Positions 39,256-45,750 of a stretch of 45,750 nucleotides of DNA are shown here, piece after piece (position 1 is the first letter of the stretch; each line of letters opens with the position of its first letter). The stretch lies in the NCBI GenBank assembly GCA_023231475.1, contig JALJEE010001529.1, positions 1 to 45,750 on the forward strand, written 5' to 3'. The position numbers and the translations under genes were made by a program. The stretch comes from Seison nebaliae. Lineage: Eukaryota. Below the pieces are notes generated by a model that was not told where the DNA came from, did not search any database, and was given only the letters and a program-made list of their open reading frames with translations.

Positions 39256-40305
39256 ATGTCATTAATTTGTGTCATTCTAATTTTGATAAGTAAAAATTCT
39301 TCCAACATCTTCTGCTCGTTGCGTAATTTTTGTTATCATAATTTCTTATCGATAAATTACTTGAATCCAATAAAGTTTTGCGTCCTTGTCCTATCTCATC
39401 AGATTGTCTTTATTTCAACAACATCCAAATTGATAATTTCAATTCATTATTATTTAATTTCAGTTGAAAATGTTTATTCTTTACAGGATTATTCTTATAA
39501 TTTTTTCATTTCAAAATAGTTTTCTTTTAACAGAATCTGCGTATAACCAGCACTTGATATCAATTACTGGTGGTATAATACTTTTAAGTTAAATTTTATG
39601 CTAAAACTCAGTTTGTCTGTAAGGAAAACATTTTATAAATTCTTCTATATTTAATAGGATTTCCAAACGACTCGATTCGTTTCAATCCTTATTTCTTTTG
39701 TCAATCGACCAACTTGTTCACACCGTATATGACACAAGTGCGATTCAGTCGCAATATAGATAATATTGTTTATGACACCTTACTTGAAGATGAATATGAA
39801 GAGGAGTCACTTAAATGGGAAATTAAAAGAGAAATTGGAAATAAACCAATCATATTAGAAAATATTCAACAGTTTTATTTATACAACTTATTAACTATAA
39901 TAAATAATAAATAATTTCTTTATTTTCATTCTATCAATTAGACCACTAAATTTAAGTTTTTGCATTGAAGATAATGAATTTTTTACTTATCAATTGACCA
40001 ATATAGAAAATCATAATTTATATATCATGACATCAATTCAAGGACCTACCTTGGCTCAATATGCGGTGCAGGGACAACCACTTCCTATGACTATTATTTA
40101 CATTTGTTCTGAAGATGCAGATGGAAGTCGTAGAACGTCATTAGAGAATGTGGAGAATACAACAAGTGCCAAATATACATCGGAAACGATAAAAAGCAGA
40201 AATAAGATAAATATTTATCTAATAATATTTGGTAGTTGTCTTACTGCCTTCACTCTCCTCGAATATTTGATATTTGCTAAACTTTGTAAACGTTGGCAAA
40301 TTTAG
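39256..40305 (+). CDS. Unidentified probable single-pass membrane protein, multi-exon
   Basis: Hydrophobic start MSLICVILILI. Phase-compatible GT-AG introns link exons at about 39403-39462, 39534-39587, 39658-39872 and 39942-40305. C-terminal TM INIYLIIFGSCLTAFTLLEYLIFA followed by KLCKR. The 5' exon structure is uncertain and no family is recognised. Confidence 0.5.
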
Positions 40306-40514
40306 AAACATCATTCCTTATATCAAACTCAATATCAGTATTATTAGAGTGAAGAAATGTATTAATAAGTTTTTTTTTATTATGGAATGAAATAAAGAAG
40401 AAGAATAAAATCGACGGATAACATTTGGATTTCTTGTTTTTTTTGAGAATAATTATAAATTATGATTAATTTCTTTCATTCACCTTTCAATATTTGACTT
40501 TATAATTGACCAGT

Positions 40515-41979
40515 TTACTTGCAATAAGTCGTTCGTACATAATAAGCATACTTCTTCAATTTCTTCTTTAGATTAATATACTGACTGTACGATTTCAGGC
40601 CAGTTAATAGTCTTCGTTCAACATTCTTCTTCACTCGTTTAATATGGTTGCAGAATGCACGAATACGATCTATAAATTAAATTTTAATAATCCTTTTGAG
40701 TCATAATATCGAAAACGAACGTTTACACTTATTCTTATGGAAGAGATTTATTCGATAGAATATACTCTTTAAGCTTGCCGGTTTCGCCAAATTATTCTTC
40801 CTTTTCCAACGGTTATGCATCACATATTTCGTCCAACTAACACAATTCTTGGCTGTAAATGAAATAATGATAATATGGGAAATGAGAAATGAGCAAGTCT
40901 TTAAAATAACTCATTCGTTTACTGTGTGATGATATTGGAGGTTTCCTTCGATATCTTGAACGAAATCGACGATCCAACCAATTAAATAAACGTTTCCAAT
41001 CTGTCGAACGCATCATGCAACGACGTCGATGTTGTGGTAATAAATTTCGACGTTTCCATAATGTTAATTTCCATTTATGACGATACCAAGTCCTTGGATA
41101 ACGACGTTTCAACTTTCTTAATCTCCTAAGGTATGCCCGTCTTCTCAGCCATCTACGTCGACGTAACATTTTGCGTCTTCTCAGCCATCTTCGTCTTCGT
41201 AACATTTTACGTCTTCTTAACACTCGACGTCTTCTTAACCGTCGCAATCTTCTGAGACGTTTCCTTCGCAACCATCTTCGTTTCCACCATCTAGGTTTCC
41301 TTCGCCATCGTCTTCTTCGTCTTCTGACGATTCGTTTAAAGTGAATATATTTCCGTTTGTAATAAAGCATGGATTTCTTATATCGATACATTTTCCTTTT
41401 GTAAATATGCATCGCTCGTTTATAACGATGCATTGCTCGCTTATAACGATACATTGCACGTTTGTAACTATGCATCTTCCTCTTGTAATGTCTTGCTCGT
41501 CGTTTCCATATTTTAACTTGTCGTTTTAATTTCCGAACAAGTCTTCTCCGAGATCTTCGTCGATGTCTTCGTCGATGTCTTCTATGACGCCTTCGTCGAT
41601 GTCTTCTACGACGCCTTCGTCGATGTCTTCGTCGATGTCTTCGACGACGTTTACGATACTTAGGACGATACCTTCCACGATATTTCCGAAGTCGTTTACG
41701 ACGTCTTGGACGATACTTTCGTCCTCGGATATATTTCCGCAATTTACGTTTGTATCGACGGAGAGGACGTCGTGGACGATAGACAGCTCGCGGAACTCGG
41801 TATTTAACCTCGTCTAACGATTTTAAATAATTTGGAATCGTATCAACTTCATTGATGAGAGTTTTCACATGATTCTTTCTCTCTTCAACGTCATATTCTT
41901 GAGATTGTTTAGCTAATATTCCGTTGACACTCAACTGAATGAGAAGGAATGAAAATAAAGTAAGAACACAATATTTCAT
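40515..41979 (-). CDS. Secreted, extremely Arg/Lys-rich protein (about 451 aa) with C-terminal 4-Cys domain; exons 41979-40911, 40852-40721, 40669-40515
   Basis: Signal peptide MKYCVLTLFSFLLIQLSVNG, short acidic segment, then about 290 aa dominated by R/K/Y/W/H. Two phase-1 introns (58 and 51 nt) give TKNCVSW...FHKNKCK|HRIRAFC...YAYYVRTTYCK, stop. Confidence 0.85.
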
Positions 41980-42168
41980 TCTTGCTTAATCAACTCAAAT
42001 CTTTCTCACTTTATATGCACTGGACACTACATATTGACATTAGGATGAGATGAAACGATTCATTGTCTTATCTAAGTTAATAGGAAGATGTAAAATTTAC
42101 TTCCAAGGATCAATCTTTTCATATAAGAAATAAAACTGTTTCATTTTTTCCTTGTTACTTCTCAAAAT
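41980..42168. promoter_or_regulatory. Probable 189-bp bidirectional promoter
   Basis: Lies between two divergent ATGs. TATA-like CATATAA on the minus strand at 42011-42017 and on the plus strand at 42120-42126. Confidence 0.55.
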
Positions 42169-42882
42169 ATGGAGTTCTTTCAAATTATTAATATTCTACT
42201 CATATCAATCTTGTTTGTGAAAGAAACAACTTCCTATTATTACCATCCACCCAACATGCCATATTATGGAACTAGATGGCCATATTCAAATGGTGCGTAT
42301 GGATATGGCTCATCCTACAGTCACCCAAGACTTTGGAATGTACCAAATGTCTATGATGACTATGATGACTATGGAGATCATCTGGATAGAGTTTATGGTC
42401 CTGGTTTTACCAAAGTTGTTGATGATTTCCCTAATCGTCAAATCTTAGGAAACAGTTTCTGTGAGTTTCATTCTGAAATTTTAAATTTTTAATCAATTTT
42501 CAAAATTATTATTATCCTTCTTTCTTTAGATCAGAAACGGATTGGTCTTTGTAATAATATTGTGCATAAGATATTGAAGTTGAAATATTATGCACGACAA
42601 GGTGGAAGAAAATTATCGAAGAACAGTCGTTTCGAGATAAAGAAATTAGATATTCTTTACAAGAAAATGTCTTGCGATAGTTAATTTAAATTAATTATTC
42701 AAATTTCATTATTAACAATTTGATTAGATAAAGTGGACGTTTGTCGTCAGTATCAAAAAATGAGAGATAAAATGGAAGAAAGAATGAAGAATGGATCTAT
42801 TCGATCAAAGAAACGAAAACAAGAAACAAAAGAATGGATGCAGATCTACAACTTTTATTTATCAACAGAATATTGTTCATAA
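42169..42882 (+). CDS. Secreted Tyr-rich protein (about 198 aa) with C-terminal 4-Cys domain; exons 42169-42460, 42530-42679, 42728-42882
   Basis: Signal peptide MEFFQIINILLISILFVKETTS; YYYHPP...YGYG...YDDYDDYGD. Two phase-1 introns give YQKRIGLC...YKKMSCD|NKVDVC...YNFYLSTEYCS, stop. Confidence 0.85.
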
Positions 42883-43157
42883 AATTACAGTAATATCATA
42901 CAAATAGTCAAATGATTCAATAAATTTTTGAGTATTAAAAGCGGACATATCTCTAATTTAATTTAAATTAGCAAATAAGAGCATTAGTAGAAAATGGAGC
43001 TAATTAATAATAAGAAAAAGAAAGAAATGATATACAGAGTGAAAAAGGAAGAAAGGTTTGGATGGCGTGAATGAAGAAGTCTGAAGAAATGTTGAGCTAA
43101 AGAACGGGGAAAAGTATTTACATTAAAATTTCCATCGAAATTATAAAACTGTTGGAC

Positions 43158-44694
43158 TCAAACAGAAGAGTAGTTGAATGATCCTAATTATAAGAATTTG
43201 ATGAATATTAGAATTTTAAGAGGACATTGAACCTTTTCGAAGGTAAATGAAAAATATTGCTCCACCAATCAATGCCAGTAAACCGATTAAGACAACAGGA
43301 ATTATTATGGCCAATTTATTAGATTTCTTTTTTACCGGTACATATGGTCGGTAACCTCCACCGCCATATCCACCTCCGCCACCATTATATCCACCACCAC
43401 CATTATATCCACCACCACCATTATATCCACCGCCACCACCATATCCTCCTCCTCCATACCCACCACTATTGTATCTTTAATTAATTTTCATAATTAATAA
43501 ATTTATCATCAAAGAAAAAAAACTAACGATTGTTGATTACAACAATATTGTTCTTGTGGATAACCACAACAGTAAATATCGTAAGATGAGAAACCTTGTA
43601 TTGGACAAACGAATTCGCCGAGATAACCATCGTCAAATTCCACATTATTCGTACAAACATGTCCTTGATTATTCTGATAATAAGGATCATAATAAGGACG
43701 ACCATGATATGACGGTTTCCGTCTATGACTCATTGCCTTTCTCGCTATTTTAGATAAGATCCCCATAACTTTCGGATCTTTTAGTTTACTCTTAATCTTC
43801 CTTATTAAACTCGGTTTTTCTACAACGAACAGTGTTCAAAAGAGTTCAAAATTTTTCATAAAGAAAAATTTATGTAAACTTGTTGGTGATGGATTAGGCA
43901 CATATGGTAGCGGTTTAATTATTGATGGTTTTTGTGCTTAATTGATTAAACGAGACTGATCGAAGATTTAAAAAAAAAGAAATTTTACTTCCCGGATTTG
44001 TCCATCGATTCCTGCTTGATGGTGATGGTTTCTTCGCTAATAGAATAATTTATAAAACATCTGTTTCTTAAATGGAAAGAACTTGCAGGATTAGTCCATC
44101 TACCTCCACCCGGATTTCTTATAGATGATGACGGTTTCTTCGCTGATTAAGAAGTTTAATAGAATAGAACATCAGAAGTTGAAATTTAACTTGCTGGATT
44201 TGTCCATCGATGACTGATTCGATTATCCGTCGATGGTTCTTTAAATTAATTCGGTAATTAGTTAAACAAATATAAAGAAATTACTTGGATCTCGTCTTAT
44301 AACATTTCGAATTTTATCTTTAGCTGCTCCAAAATATTTACTGAATCGACGTGTCGATGTTGAAGGGGAGGCGGGAGACGATCGAGATCTTGAGAATATT
44401 CGACTTCCTCCTGATGATCTGGAACTGAATATACTTCTAATTCTTGATCCAGATGATGACGATCGAGATCCACTCCATCGTGATCCGGAAGATGATGATC
44501 GGGAGCCACTCCATCGAGATCCAGACGAACCAGACGAACGAGAAGATGAGCCAAATCGGAATGAATCTTGAAAAAAGGTGAGAATATATAAGAGAATATA
44601 TCGAATAATCCAAGAAAGAATTACGAAATGGAAAACCATATTCGCCAATGATGTCCAGCAGAATGAAAAGTAATACTATTGAGAATAATTTCAT
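43158..44694 (-). CDS. Shisa-like Cys-rich single-pass membrane protein with Ser/Arg-rich N-terminus, microexon array and Gly/Tyr stalk; 9 exons
   Basis: Signal peptide MKLFSIVLLFILLDIIG; GSRWSGSRSSSS repeats; four microexons; Shisa-type CTNN...FVCP......IYCCG...QYCC; GGGY repeats; TM LAIIIPVVLIGLLALIGGAIFFIYL-RK; short tail GSFNYSSV. Confidence 0.8.
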
Positions 44695-45059
44695 TCTTTG
44701 GAAGACGGGAATTTATTATTAATTTATTTTATCCCTTATTCAATCTGACCTTCCTCACTTCGTACCAGTTTTCAATTCGTGTAGACTTATTATTACGATT
44801 ACATAATATAATGTCTTCTTTTGTTTTATGATTTTCCTCTTCCTATTGTTGTTGTTTATTTTTTGAATATAGAATGTATATTGAATAGCATTCATCTCTA
44901 TTCACATATTGATTTGTATTCATAGAATCAATATCTCTATTTTCTCTTTTAATTTATGTCAAGTATTTAGACTCCAACTACTAAACTCTAGTTATAACTA
45001 GTACGATTTTTTATTGGCAAAATAATTGTAATCGTTCAACATTAATAATTTCGGGTATG

Positions 45060-45315
45060 CGGTGATTTCGCCACCCTTTTTTTTCCACTCTCATTCGGAC
45101 AGTTCGCCACCCTACTTATGTACTTTTGGTGTTTTCGCCACCCTTTTGTACAAATCTGAGCTTCATTTTCTTAAAATGGACAGTTCGCCACCCTGCTTGT
45201 ATATTTTCGGCGTTTTCGCCACCCTTTTATACAAATTTATATGTATTTTCCAGAAATCGACAGTTCATCACCCTTCTTCAATAGCATTTCGGTGCTTTCG
45301 TCATCTTTTTGTAAA
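45060..45315 (+). repeat. About 80-81 bp tandem repeat (about 3.5 copies) with TTCGCCACCC cores; partial inverted copy at 45568-45600
   Basis: GACAGTTC unit starts at about 45097, 45178 and 45258, each followed by TTTCG(C/T)CA(C/T)CTTTT. The reverse complement of 45568-45600 (tgcattttccagaaatgaacagtccgccacctt) matches 45242-45275. Confidence 0.85.
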
Positions 45316-45750
45316 TTATTGTGTGATTTCGATCTCACTTAATTATTCTTACATATATTACATGTTGTTTTATATTGAAAAATTATGAACGTAAAATTTG
45401 ACCGATTTGATTAAGATGATGGAAAATATTTGCTTCTGTATATATAAAACAACATATAATATGTTACATATTATTAAACTATAAGTTATAAAATAATTAC
45501 ACCATAAATTAACTGGTACCTAATTCACCAATAATTGACAAAAGGCTAGTGAAACTTCGGTTCGACAAAGGTGGCGGACTGTTCATTTCTGGAAAATGCA
45601 GTTATGATTTGTAGTGCTGTTCACACGAACACGAACAAAAATGGACTGTTCTCGAATATAATTGTGATGTCTGGTTTTTGAAAATCAGTTGGACGAGAAC
45701 GAAATACATTGTTCTTCTCAATACCGCTCGAACGAATGTTCTCATTTCGT

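Noticed and set aside
40837..40910. ORF-track C-terminus SYFKDLLISHFPYYHYFIYSQELC of the Arg-rich protein
   Set aside because: Mostly read-through into a 58-nt GTT...CAG intron; the spliced form continues into exons homologous to the neighbouring gene.
41235..41817. Overlapping ORFs (MSSSMSSMTPSS..., MQCIVISEQC...) over the Arg-rich gene
   Set aside because: By-products of CGA/CGT/AGA repeats; the signal peptide and spliced Cys exons support the Arg-rich frame.
42953..42971. Palindrome CTAATTTAA-T-TTAAATTAG between convergent genes
   Set aside because: Low-complexity AT palindrome; bacterial-type terminators do not apply here.
45060..45315. Regularly spaced repeats as a CRISPR array; ORF 45062-45388 as a gene
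   Set aside because: The intervening sequences are themselves repeated rather than unique spacers, the context is eukaryotic and no cas genes are present. The ORF is just the repeat translated.
1..45750. Alternative genetic code or stop-codon reassignment
   Set aside because: All conserved genes translate cleanly with the standard code once short introns are removed; TAA, TAG and TGA all serve as stops.

Overview
AT-rich, gene-dense eukaryotic DNA from a metazoan invertebrate. The genome is compact, with mostly 42-75 nt introns; the species cannot be identified from this window. Conserved genes, left to right: phosphatidylinositol synthase (truncated by the window edge), a PTB adaptor of the CAPON/NOS1AP family, an ankyrin-repeat DHHC palmitoyltransferase, a PP2C phosphatase, GPKOW/Spp2, a GILT-like thiol reductase, THOC2, NDUFA8, an aromatic L-amino acid decarboxylase and an intronless HIPK with long polyQ/polyN tracts. 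About 2.6-5 kb holds a decayed LINE reverse transcriptase and a GC-rich, highly structured, poly(A)-tailed element. About 39.2-44.7 kb is a cluster of secreted/surface genes. The most interesting observation is a head-to-head pair of secreted proteins: one extremely Arg-rich, one with a Tyr/Asp-rich N-terminus. After manual splicing they share an unrecognised 4-Cys C-terminal domain with matching intron phases and equal 155-nt last exons, which could be a two-component cationic/aromatic glue or matrix system. Also notable: about 43 of 49 hand-inferred introns start GTT instead of GTR, AAG acceptors are frequent, and a Shisa-like gene has a tandem array of symmetric microexons. All gene models were spliced by hand, without transcript evidence or database searches.
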